Shown piece by piece: positions 9,480 through 21,145 of a stretch of DNA of 64,000 nucleotides. The stretch is from Pseudomonadota bacterium. GTDB taxonomy: Bacteria; Pseudomonadota; Gammaproteobacteria; Burkholderiales; Burkholderiaceae. The notes beneath the pieces are model-generated. The model saw nothing but the letters and a program-made list of their open reading frames with translations, searched no databases and was not told where the DNA came from. A program made the translations under genes and the position numbers. Position 1 is the first letter of the stretch. Every line of letters begins with the position of its first letter. The stretch spans positions 153,036 to 217,035 of the forward strand of contig JBEGSZ010000013.1 of assembly GCA_041179645.1 (NCBI GenBank), written 5' to 3'.

Positions 9480-11153
9480 ATGCAGATGAATGCTCAAAAA
9501 CCTTGGCTAAAGAATTATCTCGAGGGCGTTCCTCATGAGATTGATTTGGCAGGCCATAAATCAATCATTGAGTTATTGGAAGAATCTTTTAGTAGATACC
9601 CTGAACGTACTGCTATAGAGTCGATGGGTCATAAAATTAGCTACCGTCAGCTAGATACTCTGTCAAAAGACTTTGCCGCCTATTTGCAAACATTAGACCT
9701 AGAACCAGGATCGCGAATCGGCATCATGTTCCCTAATGTTCCGCAATACTTGATTTCGATGTTGGGTACGCTCCGCGCCGGCTTTGTCGTAGTAAATATT
9801 AATCCACTCTACACCGCTAGAGAGCTCGAGCATCAATTGCAAGATAGCGGCGCATCTATTCTGGTGATGCTGGAAAACTTTGCACACGTGTATCAGGAGA
9901 TTGCTGGTCATGGTCTTGTAAAGAAGGTGATTGTGAGCGCCCTGGGTGAGACCCTGGGCCCCAAAGGCGTCATTATCAATTTAGTTGCCCGCCATATTAA
10001 AAAACTCATTCCACACTGGAACTTTCCTTGCGTCAAATTAAATCAGGCACTCAAAATTGGTGCTGGCCACGGCTTTACTAGGCCAGATATAACTCTTGAG
10101 GATATTGCTTTTTTGCAATACACGGGAGGTACTACTGGGGTCTCTAAGGGCGCCATCCTATTGCACCGAAATATATTGGCTAATGTCGTGCAGATTGAGT
10201 CATGGCTTGAGCCCGCTTTAAAAAATCGGCATCAGCAACTAGTCTTTTTATGTGCATTGCCAATGACCCATATCTTTGCTCTCACCGCCTGCGGCCTGCT
10301 CGGAATACGCAAAGGCGGAAAATTATTATTGGTGGCAAATCCTCGTGATATCACCGGTTTTATTCAATTGCTGATGAAGCATCCCGATATCAATATTTTC
10401 CCGGGTGTAAATACACTGTTTCATGCGCTTATCCACCGACCTGAATTTAGTAAGGTGAAATTGCCCAATCTTTTGGTCACCATTGGCGGGGGCATGGCAG
10501 TCCAAAAGAAGACAGCTGAGCTTTGGCAGAAAATATTGGGGGTACCGATTGCTCAAGGCTACGGTTTATCGGAAACTTCGCCAGTGGTGTGTGTCAATAC
10601 ACCATTTGTAAAGGAGTTTACAGGCTCTATTGGTATGCCGGTGCCCAGTACAGATGTATTGATATTGGATGATGATGGAATAGAAGTTCCTTTTGGTACG
10701 CCTGGTGAAATTTGCATTAAAGGGCCACAAGTCATGGCAGGTTACTGGAATAGACCTGGAGAGACTGAGCAATTTATTACGCCCGAGGGATATTTCAAGT
10801 CTGGCGATATTGGCACTATGAGCCCTGAGGGTTATGTGCAGATTGTGGATCGCAAGAAAGACATGATCGTGGTTGCTGGTTTTAAAGTCTTTCCGAATGA
10901 AATCGAAGAAGTGATTTCAGGTATGCCTGGGGTAAGAGAATGTGCTGTGATTGGATTCCCGCACCGCAAGCTTGGCGAGATCGTTAAAGCTTATATAGTA
11001 AAAGATAAGCCAGAGTTAACTGAGGCTCAAGTGATTCAGTATTGCAAAGAGCAAATGACGAGCTATAAGCGCCCTAGAAAAATTGCTTTTATCGATGAGA
11101 TGCCAAAGTCGAATGTTGGCAAGATCTTGCGTCGCCACTTGCGAGACTTATAA
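9480..11153 (+). CDS. fadD: Long-chain fatty acid--CoA ligase (FadD-like)
   Basis: LQYTGGTTGVSKGA, GYGLSETSP, SGDIG, DRKKDMI, PKSNVGKILRR. Confidence 0.9.
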   Translation: MQMNAQKPWLKNYLEGVPHEIDLAGHKSIIELLEESFSRYPERTAIESMGHKISYRQLDTLSKDFAAYLQTLDLEPGSRIGIMFPNVPQYLISMLGTLRAGFVVVNINPLYTARELEHQLQDSGASILVMLENFAHVYQEIAGHGLVKKVIVSALGETLGPKGVIINLVARHIKKLIPHWNFPCVKLNQALKIGAGHGFTRPDITLEDIAFLQYTGGTTGVSKGAILLHRNILANVVQIESWLEPALKNRHQQLVFLCALPMTHIFALTACGLLGIRKGGKLLLVANPRDITGFIQLLMKHPDINIFPGVNTLFHALIHRPEFSKVKLPNLLVTIGGGMAVQKKTAELWQKILGVPIAQGYGLSETSPVVCVNTPFVKEFTGSIGMPVPSTDVLILDDDGIEVPFGTPGEICIKGPQVMAGYWNRPGETEQFITPEGYFKSGDIGTMSPEGYVQIVDRKKDMIVVAGFKVFPNEIEEVISGMPGVRECAVIGFPHRKLGEIVKAYIVKDKPELTEAQVIQYCKEQMTSYKRPRKIAFIDEMPKSNVGKILRRHLRDL

Positions 11154-11156
11154 AAA

Positions 11157-12074
11157 CTATAAACCGCCACCAAAACGGTATTGCCAAGAGATGCCATATA
11201 GGTCGTAGCTATTATTCGTTCTGGAGTAGGCGCCAGTACTCGCCGATAGTCGAACGGAGTTGTGTTTATTCACTGGGTAGGACATGGTTGTGCCAAAGCG
11301 CCAATTCTCTTGATTGCCGCTAATGGGGTTGCCATTTACATAGGATTGTCCGCCAGTGAAGTAGGTGGCATCTACAGAGACCCAAGCCGTATTCTGAAAG
11401 TAATAGATCGCATGAGTCTGGGTTGAGTAAACTGGGTTTTGAGACAGGGAGTTGCCACCCATAAAGTCAGTATTGCTCGTGTAAAAAATACCGGCGCCAG
11501 CCAACTCTAATCTCCAGGGGCCAAGTGCCTTGGATATACCCAGACCCGGCTGGATAAACCAGCGATTGGCGCCCACATTGATCAGTTGATTATCGTTGTA
11601 CTTGCCCCAAGGTACCGATGCGGCAAGACTCACGCCGACAATGAGATCTTGTTGGTAGTCCTTAAATTGATCTAGCGTTAACGCTGGAGCCCCGTAGAGA
11701 TTGATTGCGGCCTTGATGAGTGGATCCGATAAACCCTCGGTACTGGCATTGACTGTTTGTCCGCCAACATTGCTTGACCCGCTTAGTTGGCCATAGGGCA
11801 GAACCAGGGTGAGTTTGCCGGATTGGCCGCCTGCATCAAAGATGTGGGTTAGACCCATCACTTCACTGGTCAGAGTGTAATTGCCTGCTTTAGCTTGTGC
11901 GACTCCGGCGCTGATAAAGTTGATGCCTACCGGTGCATTGGAGTAGGTTCGCGCCTCGATTTCTTGGGCATAAGATAGTTGGGTGAATAGGGTGCTTGAG
12001 GCTAGCAAGGCGAAAGCGAAAACTAAAACCCGTAAATTTCTACCCTGAAGCAATGAAGTCACATTCATCATCAA
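11157..12074 (-). CDS. Outer-membrane beta-barrel 'transporter' (MetA-pathway-of-phenol-degradation-like)
   Basis: Signal peptide, QEIEARTYSNAPVG, GLSDP, PWGKY..N.GANRW, terminal ISWQYRF. Confidence 0.7.
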   Translation of the reverse strand: MMMNVTSLLQGRNLRVLVFAFALLASSTLFTQLSYAQEIEARTYSNAPVGINFISAGVAQAKAGNYTLTSEVMGLTHIFDAGGQSGKLTLVLPYGQLSGSSNVGGQTVNASTEGLSDPLIKAAINLYGAPALTLDQFKDYQQDLIVGVSLAASVPWGKYNDNQLINVGANRWFIQPGLGISKALGPWRLELAGAGIFYTSNTDFMGGNSLSQNPVYSTQTHAIYYFQNTAWVSVDATYFTGGQSYVNGNPISGNQENWRFGTTMSYPVNKHNSVRLSASTGAYSRTNNSYDLYGISWQYRFGGGL

Positions 12075-12096
12075 AGACTGTCTTGCTAAAGTCTAA

Positions 12097-12633
12097 TTAT
12101 TTTGATTCTGGTTTTTTGCCAAACAAAATCTCTAGGGTGGCATTGCTACCTAGCATCATACTCATGCCTGTCAATAATAAATAAGGCCACACAATTAACC
12201 AATACACAATCGACATAGCTACAACATGCAATGGATTGGATTGGCCAAATTCAGTCATAGAAATCAAGAACGCTTTTCCATGTATTAGCCCGTGAACACC
12301 AGCTTCCAAATAATTCAAGCCCAAAACAACGAGCAGATAAATTACGGACTCAAAAAATAGTGAGCTCACAACGCCATGCTTGCGATCTACTTTGATTGGG
12401 AAAGCTGCTTGGGCAACCAGCATGAATTTGGCGCATATCGCCGCCTTAAATAGTGCAAAACCAAAAATACTTAAAGGGATCGGTCTTTCATCTAATGAGG
12501 TTGCTCCTAAAAAAGCCAGGGCGCAAAACCAAGTCCCGAAGTAAACGGTTAACTGAAATGCTTTAACAAATTCTTCCTTCGCTTTTTCTTTAAACGTATG
12601 TACGGGAGCTGAATTCGGAGAAGTTGCGTTCAT
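12097..12633 (-). CDS. Hypothetical inner-membrane protein (about 4 TM)
   Basis: 178-aa ORF with four hydrophobic segments. Confidence 0.7.
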   Translation of the reverse strand: MNATSPNSAPVHTFKEKAKEEFVKAFQLTVYFGTWFCALAFLGATSLDERPIPLSIFGFALFKAAICAKFMLVAQAAFPIKVDRKHGVVSSLFFESVIYLLVVLGLNYLEAGVHGLIHGKAFLISMTEFGQSNPLHVVAMSIVYWLIVWPYLLLTGMSMMLGSNATLEILFGKKPESK

Positions 12634-12655
12634 GAAAACTTTCTAAGGTATTGGA

Positions 12656-13957
12656 TTAGCAATTATTGCAAGAGCCACCAGTTTCAATGGGTGCCGGCTC
12701 TTGGGTATAGCGAGCAATAAATGCATGCTTACTCTTGAGTGGCAACTGAATCCAAACAAAGTGACCAGATCCAGGTGCAACATCAATGGGTTCGCCTTTG
12801 AGATTCCACATGGCATCTAGCACCATGTCTTGGTTACCTTCGGGTTCAATAATTTCTAATTTATCACCTAGAGAGAAGCGGTTTTTTACATCTACCTTGA
12901 CGCGACCAGAAGCCTCATCAATTTCTAAAGTTTCGCCAACATAGAGGCTTCTGCCTGATAAGGAATGACCACGCATATAGAGTTGATACTCTTTATCGTG
13001 ATGACGCTCATAGAAGCCATCGGTGTAGCCACGATTTGCTAGGCCCTCTAGATTGCCAATGAGGGACATATTCATCGGGCGACCTGCTACTGCATCATCA
13101 ATTGCAGTGCGGTAAGCCTGGCAAGTACGAGAAACGTAATAGGGTGACTTGGTGCGACCCTCAATCTTGAATGAGTCCACACCCATTTTGGTCAAGCGCT
13201 CAATGTGCTCAATCGCACGTAAATCCTTGGAGTTCATGATGTAAGTGCCATGCTCATCTTCTTCCATAGGCATCAAATCATCTGGACGACGCGCCTCCTG
13301 AAGCAGGACTACATCTCCGCTGGTATTTTGTTGACCTGGTTTGACCTTGTAATCCCAGCGACAAGCATTAGTGCAGGCGCCTTGATTGGAGTCGCGATGT
13401 GACATGTAGCCCGATAGCAAGCAACGACCTGAGTAGGCAATGCATAAAGCGCCATGAACAAATACTTCTAATTCCATTTCTGGGCAGTCTTGACGAACTT
13501 CTTCGATTTCATCAAAAGAAAGCTCGCGCGACAAAATGACGCGGCTAATACCAACCGAGCGCCAGAACTTTGCAGAGGCACCATTCACGGTATTGGCCTG
13601 TACTGATAAATGAATAGGCATATCTGGCCAAGCTTCTCTAGCCATCATGATGAGTCCAGGATCTGACATGATCATCGCATCAGGCTTTAATGCCACAACG
13701 GGATCCATATCCTTAATATAAGTACGTGTCTTACCGCCATGAGGCAGCAAGTTAGAAACCAGATAAAACTTTTTGCCTAAAGCATGGGCGGTATCAATAC
13801 CTTCTTTGAGCGTTTCCATTTTTCCGAAGTCGTTATTGCGTACTCGGAGGGAATAACGTGGTTGTCCGGCATAAATAGCGTCGGCACCAAAGTCAAAGGC
13901 AGTGCGCAACATGGAAAGGCTGCCGGCAGGGGCTAGAAGTTCTGGAATCTTGGTCAT
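12656..13957 (-). CDS. trhP: tRNA 5-hydroxyuridine synthesis protein (U32 family, YegQ/TrhP)
   Basis: PELLAPAG, GQPRYSLRVRNN, HGALCIAYSGRCLLS, CTNACRW, KIEGRTKS. Confidence 0.92.
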   Translation of the reverse strand: MTKIPELLAPAGSLSMLRTAFDFGADAIYAGQPRYSLRVRNNDFGKMETLKEGIDTAHALGKKFYLVSNLLPHGGKTRTYIKDMDPVVALKPDAMIMSDPGLIMMAREAWPDMPIHLSVQANTVNGASAKFWRSVGISRVILSRELSFDEIEEVRQDCPEMELEVFVHGALCIAYSGRCLLSGYMSHRDSNQGACTNACRWDYKVKPGQQNTSGDVVLLQEARRPDDLMPMEEDEHGTYIMNSKDLRAIEHIERLTKMGVDSFKIEGRTKSPYYVSRTCQAYRTAIDDAVAGRPMNMSLIGNLEGLANRGYTDGFYERHHDKEYQLYMRGHSLSGRSLYVGETLEIDEASGRVKVDVKNRFSLGDKLEIIEPEGNQDMVLDAMWNLKGEPIDVAPGSGHFVWIQLPLKSKHAFIARYTQEPAPIETGGSCNNC

Positions 13958-14179
13958 GTCGCTATTTTAGTGAATACAGGCATTCTTGGTAGATTTGCGG
14001 TCACACCAAGCTCTGGGAGCTACTAAGCCCCAATTTATCAAGCTATTCCAGACAAATGAGCTGCTATGAAGAGTATCCTACGGGGTCTGTGGCGAGCATT
14101 GTAAAAACGAACAAGGAGCCCTCCCTTGAGCTGTCCACCTGCAATCGAGAGCACTTATTAAAGAATCAGAAAGAACGCC

Positions 14180-14764
14180 ATGACAAAACTCACATCTAAG
14201 TCCATCCTGAAAAAAGCGAGCGGCATTCTGGCGCAAGAGTTTGCGATACCTAAAGACATTGCTTGGGCCTGGGTCACCTTATTACTATCTCAAGAGGAGC
14301 AAAAGCGCGATAGTGAAGAAAAACGCTATGCCCGTATTGCAGAATTCGAAGCCTGGATTACTGAGCTCAATTTACCAGTTGACCCTAAAAATCCGGCAAG
14401 CGCTGCAGTAAGTCCAGAGTCAGTAAAGAATTCCGCCAGAAATGTATTTGAGTGGCCTCATGAGTACATCTTTGAGGAGCCGGTAGCTGCCAAGCATCCA
14501 GACTCCAAGATGACTTACAGCGATACCATCACTAAACCCATCTTGGATGCTATTAAAGATGCGGGTGGGTCTGATGATCGCCCAGCATTGATTGTTATAT
14601 TGGAAGGCTACGCAAAAGAAGGTAGGGAGCCCTTTGCGAATGTCACACCAGAAGGCATCGAATGGAAGGGTAGCAATTGGTCTGAAGGAGATAAGCTGAA
14701 TCTACTCACCATCAAAACCCTCAATAACCGCCTTGCTAATCTTAGAAAGAAGGGGTTGATCTAA
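14180..14764 (+). CDS. Hypothetical protein beside tRNA-Asn, possible integrative-element remnant
   Basis: 194-aa ORF with no recognisable housekeeping motif; converges on the tRNA 3' end. Confidence 0.6.
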   Translation: MTKLTSKSILKKASGILAQEFAIPKDIAWAWVTLLLSQEEQKRDSEEKRYARIAEFEAWITELNLPVDPKNPASAAVSPESVKNSARNVFEWPHEYIFEEPVAAKHPDSKMTYSDTITKPILDAIKDAGGSDDRPALIVILEGYAKEGREPFANVTPEGIEWKGSNWSEGDKLNLLTIKTLNNRLANLRKKGLI

Positions 14765-14795
14765 GCTTAATTACTTCGCCAGAACAGAAAAAGAA

Positions 14796-14820
14796 AAAAC
14801 CACCTATAAGGTGGTTTTCT
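14796..14820. terminator. Bidirectional terminator
   Basis: AAAACCACCT-ATA-AGGTGGTTTT with A/T runs on both sides, between convergent genes. Confidence 0.8.
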
Positions 14821-14826
14821 TGTATT

Positions 14827-14902
14827 TGGCTCCTCGACCTGGGCTCGAACCAGGGACCTACGGATTAACAGTCCGGCGCTCTACCAACTGAGCTATCGAG
14901 GA
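14827..14902 (-). tRNA. tRNA-Asn(GTT)
   Basis: Reverse complement TCCTCGATAGCTCAGTTGGTAGAGCGCCGGACT-GTT-AATCCGTAGGTCCCTGGTTCGAGCCCAGGTCGAGGAGCCA. Confidence 0.97.
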
Positions 14903-14923
14903 ATAAGCCGATATTATAGCAAG

Positions 14924-15808
14924 ATGAAATCATCTACTCCAAGTTCTATACAGATCCCCAAAGTATTGACCATCGCCGGGTCCGATAGTGGCGGTGGCGC
15001 GGGCATTCAGGCGGACCTCAAAGTCATTACAGCCCTAGGCGGATATGGGATGTCGGTCATCACCGCCATCACGGCCCAGAACACTTTGGGGGTGAGCCGT
15101 ATTCAGGACATAGACCTGGATGTGGTTGAGGCTCAGATCGATGCAGTATTTATGGATATTGGCGTAGATATTGTCAAAATCGGCATGTTGGCCAGCCCAG
15201 AAATCGTTCGCACCGTGGCATTAGCCCTCAAGCGCCATGGAGCCAAAAGAATAGTCCTCGATCCTGTCCTGAGAGCCACATCAGGCGCCAGTCTCGGTGG
15301 GGACGATACCGCTCAAGCCATTATTAGAGGGCTGTTTCCGATGTCGACTCTAGTTACACCCAACCTGGAAGAGGCCTCCTTGCTGTTGGGTCGAGAATTA
15401 ACTGGTCCTGAGGATTTCAAGTTGGCTGCAGAAGAGTTGCTCGATATGGGTCCTCAAGCCGTCCTGATCAAGGGCGGTCACCTTGATAAAACCCATACTC
15501 AATTGACCGATTTTCTAATGTGGCGAACGATGGAAGATGGTCTTGAGGTAGTTCAGTCAAAAGAATTCAAACACTACCGCGTCAATACTCCTAACACCCA
15601 TGGCACTGGCTGTTCTTTGGCATCCGCTATTGCAACCTATTTAGCAGATGGTCACGATCTCTCTCATGCAGTTGCTAAAGCCATCTCTTATGTTGAAGCA
15701 GGGCTAGAAGCAGGGCGATTCTTAAGTATTGGTGAGGGCCCCGGCCCCCTGTGGCACATGCATGATTTCTATAAAACGGCCTTGCCTGAAGAAGAGGGCA
15801 AGTATTGA
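14924..15808 (+). CDS. thiD: Hydroxymethylpyrimidine/phosphomethylpyrimidine kinase
   Basis: LTIAGSDSGGGAGIQADLK, KIGML, TPNLEEA, THGTGCSLASA. Confidence 0.96.
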   Translation: MKSSTPSSIQIPKVLTIAGSDSGGGAGIQADLKVITALGGYGMSVITAITAQNTLGVSRIQDIDLDVVEAQIDAVFMDIGVDIVKIGMLASPEIVRTVALALKRHGAKRIVLDPVLRATSGASLGGDDTAQAIIRGLFPMSTLVTPNLEEASLLLGRELTGPEDFKLAAEELLDMGPQAVLIKGGHLDKTHTQLTDFLMWRTMEDGLEVVQSKEFKHYRVNTPNTHGTGCSLASAIATYLADGHDLSHAVAKAISYVEAGLEAGRFLSIGEGPGPLWHMHDFYKTALPEEEGKY

Positions 15809-15829
15809 ATGAAGATCAGACCTAATGCT

Positions 15830-16756
15830 TTAGGTTTTCATTAACTCTTGTAGTCGTTTTACTGCAGCCTTAGGGTCGCTTGCACCATTAATGGCCCTGA
15901 CAACAGCAACCGAACCAACGCCACTTTGGGCCACCGCATGAATGCTGCTTTCATCGATACCGCCAATGGCTACTAAAGGGTAGTGATTCATTAATTGGGC
16001 GTATTTATATAAACGTCCTAAACCTTGAGGCGCTGTAGCCATCTTTTTGAGATTGGTGGGAAAGACCGCACCCATAGCGATATAACTTGGGCAGAAACGA
16101 TCGGCATAAACCATCTCTGCATAACCATGGGTGCTTAAGCCAAGCCGAAGGCCTGCAGCTCGAATGGCATCTAGATCTGCCACCTCTAAATCTTCTTGTC
16201 CCAAGTGAACACCGTAGGCGCCAGCTTCAATAGCTTCTTGCCAGTAGTCGTTTATAAAAAGCAAAGTCCTGCTGCCTTCAACTGCTTTAACGGATTCTTT
16301 AATTTGTTTAGTAATGAGCTTTTTGTCTTCGGATTTAAGGCGTAGTTGTACTGTTGGAACTTCAGCTTCCACCATGCGCTTCACCCAATCTGCATCAGGC
16401 ATCACAGCATACAAACCTAAACGCTTTGGACACTCCGCGAAAGCTTTGGGGTTCATGTTCCGCGTCCAAGGAAGCAAATCAAAATGCTCTGGTCTGGATG
16501 GCCATTTAAAGGGATTGAAACCCCCATCTTGATGAGCCATGCGGGACCAGGCTTTGCCTAATACCTTTGCATCACATTCGATAAAGCCCATCTCAATAGC
16601 AGCCAGCATGCCTGCTAACTCATAGTGATCAGCAGCAGATTCGTTATCAATTTTAGGTGGCGGTGATGACATGCTGTAAGCCGGAATGGGCAAACACAAG
16701 TCATCCCTGACATGGGCTGCAACAATTTGATCGGCGAGATCGCGAACTAAACTCAT
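15830..16756 (-). CDS. thiE: Thiamine-phosphate synthase with N-terminal extension
   Basis: VQLRLK, INDYW, GVHLGQEDL, GLSTH, FPTNLK, VAIGGI. Confidence 0.92.
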   Translation of the reverse strand: MSLVRDLADQIVAAHVRDDLCLPIPAYSMSSPPPKIDNESAADHYELAGMLAAIEMGFIECDAKVLGKAWSRMAHQDGGFNPFKWPSRPEHFDLLPWTRNMNPKAFAECPKRLGLYAVMPDADWVKRMVEAEVPTVQLRLKSEDKKLITKQIKESVKAVEGSRTLLFINDYWQEAIEAGAYGVHLGQEDLEVADLDAIRAAGLRLGLSTHGYAEMVYADRFCPSYIAMGAVFPTNLKKMATAPQGLGRLYKYAQLMNHYPLVAIGGIDESSIHAVAQSGVGSVAVVRAINGASDPKAAVKRLQELMKT

Positions 16757-16768
16757 CTGTAATGTTCT

Positions 16769-17587
16769 TTAGCTTTGATGCCAAAAGGGTGTGCCAACCA
16801 AGGGTGTACTGGCTTGCGCAGATTGCTGGGCTTTCATGGCACCAGAGAGGTAGGCGGTGCGGCCAGCATCGACTGACATTGCAAACGCTTTAGCCATTGC
16901 TACTGGATCATCAGCGAGCGCAACAGCGGTGTTGAGTAATACTCCATCAAAACCCCATTCCATCACACTACATGCGTGCGAAGGAAGGCCCAATCCAGCA
17001 TCTACCAAAAGTGGAACCTTCAAGCGGTCACGTAAGAGTTTTAATGCGTAAGGATTTAGAGGGCCTTGACCAGTGCCAATTGGCGCAGCCCACGGCATTA
17101 CAGCCTGACATCCCACATCAACCAAGCCTTGGCATAAGATGAGATCTTCGGTGCAATAGGGTAAAACCTTGAAACCATCTTTAATTAAAGTTTCTGCTGT
17201 AGAAACTAAACGCAAGGTATCGGGCTGCAATGTGTAGTCATCGCCGATGAGCTCTAACTTAATCCAATTGGTTTCAAAAACTTCACGCGCCATCTGGGCG
17301 GTAGCAATGACTTCCTTTGGGCTATGGCAACCAGCGGTATTCGGAAGGACAGGTACAGCCATTTTCTTGAGTAGATCCCAAAAACCGGAGTGAGCTTCTG
17401 TAGTTGCAGTACCTTGCCTGCGCAGGCTCACGGTGATCATTCCAGGATTGGATTGTTTGACGGCATTCTCTAGTACCTGTGGAGAAGGGTAACGCGAAGT
17501 TCCTAGCAATAAACGGCTAGCAAATGTCTCCCCATACAGGACCAGTGGATCTGCGGTATTGAGAGGGTTTGGTAACGGGGCTGTCAT
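16769..17587 (-). CDS. thiG: Thiazole synthase
   Basis: [39 protein letters not shown]. Confidence 0.96.
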   Translation of the reverse strand: MTAPLPNPLNTADPLVLYGETFASRLLLGTSRYPSPQVLENAVKQSNPGMITVSLRRQGTATTEAHSGFWDLLKKMAVPVLPNTAGCHSPKEVIATAQMAREVFETNWIKLELIGDDYTLQPDTLRLVSTAETLIKDGFKVLPYCTEDLILCQGLVDVGCQAVMPWAAPIGTGQGPLNPYALKLLRDRLKVPLLVDAGLGLPSHACSVMEWGFDGVLLNTAVALADDPVAMAKAFAMSVDAGRTAYLSGAMKAQQSAQASTPLVGTPFWHQS

Positions 17588-17635
17588 GTTGATCAATAAC
17601 TTTTATCTATATTTATTTCTTAATTTCTATCAGCC

Positions 17636-17833
17636 TTAGCCACCTGTAACTGGGGCAATGACTTCCATCTCATCGCCTTCATGCAATACCTCTTCGGCAT
17701 GCCTAGTCTTGGGAACAAATTCATAATTGATCGCAACGGCAAAGGGTGGCTTTGCATCAATTAGTAGCAACACATCATCAATGGTGCTGTTCTCGGGAAC
17801 CTCTTGGGTAACTTGGTTAACTAGGATGCGCAT
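17636..17833 (-). CDS. thiS: Sulfur carrier protein
   Basis: 65-aa MRILVNQ...EVIAPVTGG with C-terminal GG; start trimmed from the ORF track. Confidence 0.93.
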   Translation of the reverse strand: MRILVNQVTQEVPENSTIDDVLLLIDAKPPFAVAINYEFVPKTRHAEEVLHEGDEMEVIAPVTGG

Positions 17834-18975
17834 GCACTGAATTCCTGATGGTCGACTGTTGTGACCTGTAAGCCTAATTCGATTGCTGTTGAACTCAAGC
17901 CTGAGTTGAGCAACTCGAGGGCGCAATCCAAAATGGCCGGAGAGATCATGAACCCATGGCGATAGAGGCCATTGATCATCATGAGGTCTGCTTGATCTGA
18001 TTTGTGATCAAGGGATATCTCCGGCAAATTATCTTTGAGCGTAGGGCGACATTGGGTTGCCATTTCTAAAATACGTGCTTCAGCAAAACCACTGTGCACG
18101 GTATACACCGCACTAAGTAGTTCCATTGCGGACCGCACGCTCATAGGCGACATATCTTCGGATTCAATCTCTGTTGCACCAACAACATAAACATCATCTT
18201 CCTTAGGGGCGATATAGATCGGATAACGAGGATGGATTAGTCGAGTGGGGCGGCGTAGTTTCACTTCGGGTGCATATAGGCGAATGACTTCACCACGCAC
18301 GCCACGCAAATCTTTGGAAGCGTCACCAATCTGCTTCCAGGAATCCTTTGCGCCCAAGCCGCGACAATCAATCACCCAATCAAAGCCATTCTCTTTGTTG
18401 CGGAGCAGCTCCAGATCGGTGGATTGATTCCAATGACAGGGCACCTTCATTAGGGTGAGCTCAACTAATAAAGCCTCTAGAAGCTGGCGGTTATCTAGCT
18501 GCCCTTCATGAGGAAGATAAAGTCCCTGATTAAAGCGCTCAGCAACCCCCGGCTCAATTTCTGCTAGAGACTGGCCATCCAAATGAACAGGTTTTGAGAG
18601 GGCCTGATTGCGATCGCAATTCCTCTCAAGATGTGAGGCAAAGCGCTCTGCATCGCTGGCATCTTGGCGATGCCATAAGATCAAAGTGCCATCTTGCTGA
18701 AAGTACACCGGCTTAGCCAATTCATCGATGAGTTGCTTCCACCGAGGCAAGCTATGAACACCCATCCGAACCACGTTATCTTCAGTAATGGCAGATTCTG
18801 CGAGCGGGGCCAGCATCGCAGCGGCAATTCTTGCGGCTGAATTGGCTCCGTCAGAGCTGCCTTTCTCAAACAGCTCTACCTGAGCACCGCGCTTAGCAAG
18901 TGCGACCGCTAGCAGCCGACCCATGAGGCCGGCGCCAACGATGGCATATTTGCCGTTTGAGAATGCCTTAGTCAC
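17821..18975 (-). CDS. thiO: Glycine oxidase
   Basis: IVGAGLMG FAD motif, AAAMLAPLAE, RPTLKDNLP, NGLYRHG; thi operon context. Confidence 0.9.
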   Translation of the reverse strand: MTKAFSNGKYAIVGAGLMGRLLAVALAKRGAQVELFEKGSSDGANSAARIAAAMLAPLAESAITEDNVVRMGVHSLPRWKQLIDELAKPVYFQQDGTLILWHRQDASDAERFASHLERNCDRNQALSKPVHLDGQSLAEIEPGVAERFNQGLYLPHEGQLDNRQLLEALLVELTLMKVPCHWNQSTDLELLRNKENGFDWVIDCRGLGAKDSWKQIGDASKDLRGVRGEVIRLYAPEVKLRRPTRLIHPRYPIYIAPKEDDVYVVGATEIESEDMSPMSVRSAMELLSAVYTVHSGFAEARILEMATQCRPTLKDNLPEISLDHKSDQADLMMINGLYRHGFMISPAILDCALELLNSGLSSTAIELGLQVTTVDHQEFSACAS

Positions 18976-21059
<2,084 letters not shown>

Positions 21060-21145
21060 TTAGAGCTAATTTAACCACGAATTCACGTCAAGTAGAGTGA
21101 GCAAAATCAAAAAGTCAGCAAGGGGACAAGCCTAGGACGGCAAAT

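Noticed and set aside
14111-14120. att-site copy of the tRNA-Asn 3' end (AGGAGCC)
   Set aside because: Only 7 bp and inverted relative to the tRNA, not a direct repeat
17834-17926. 96-aa ThiS
   Set aside because: The extension lies inside thiO; the 65-aa form fits the ThiS family
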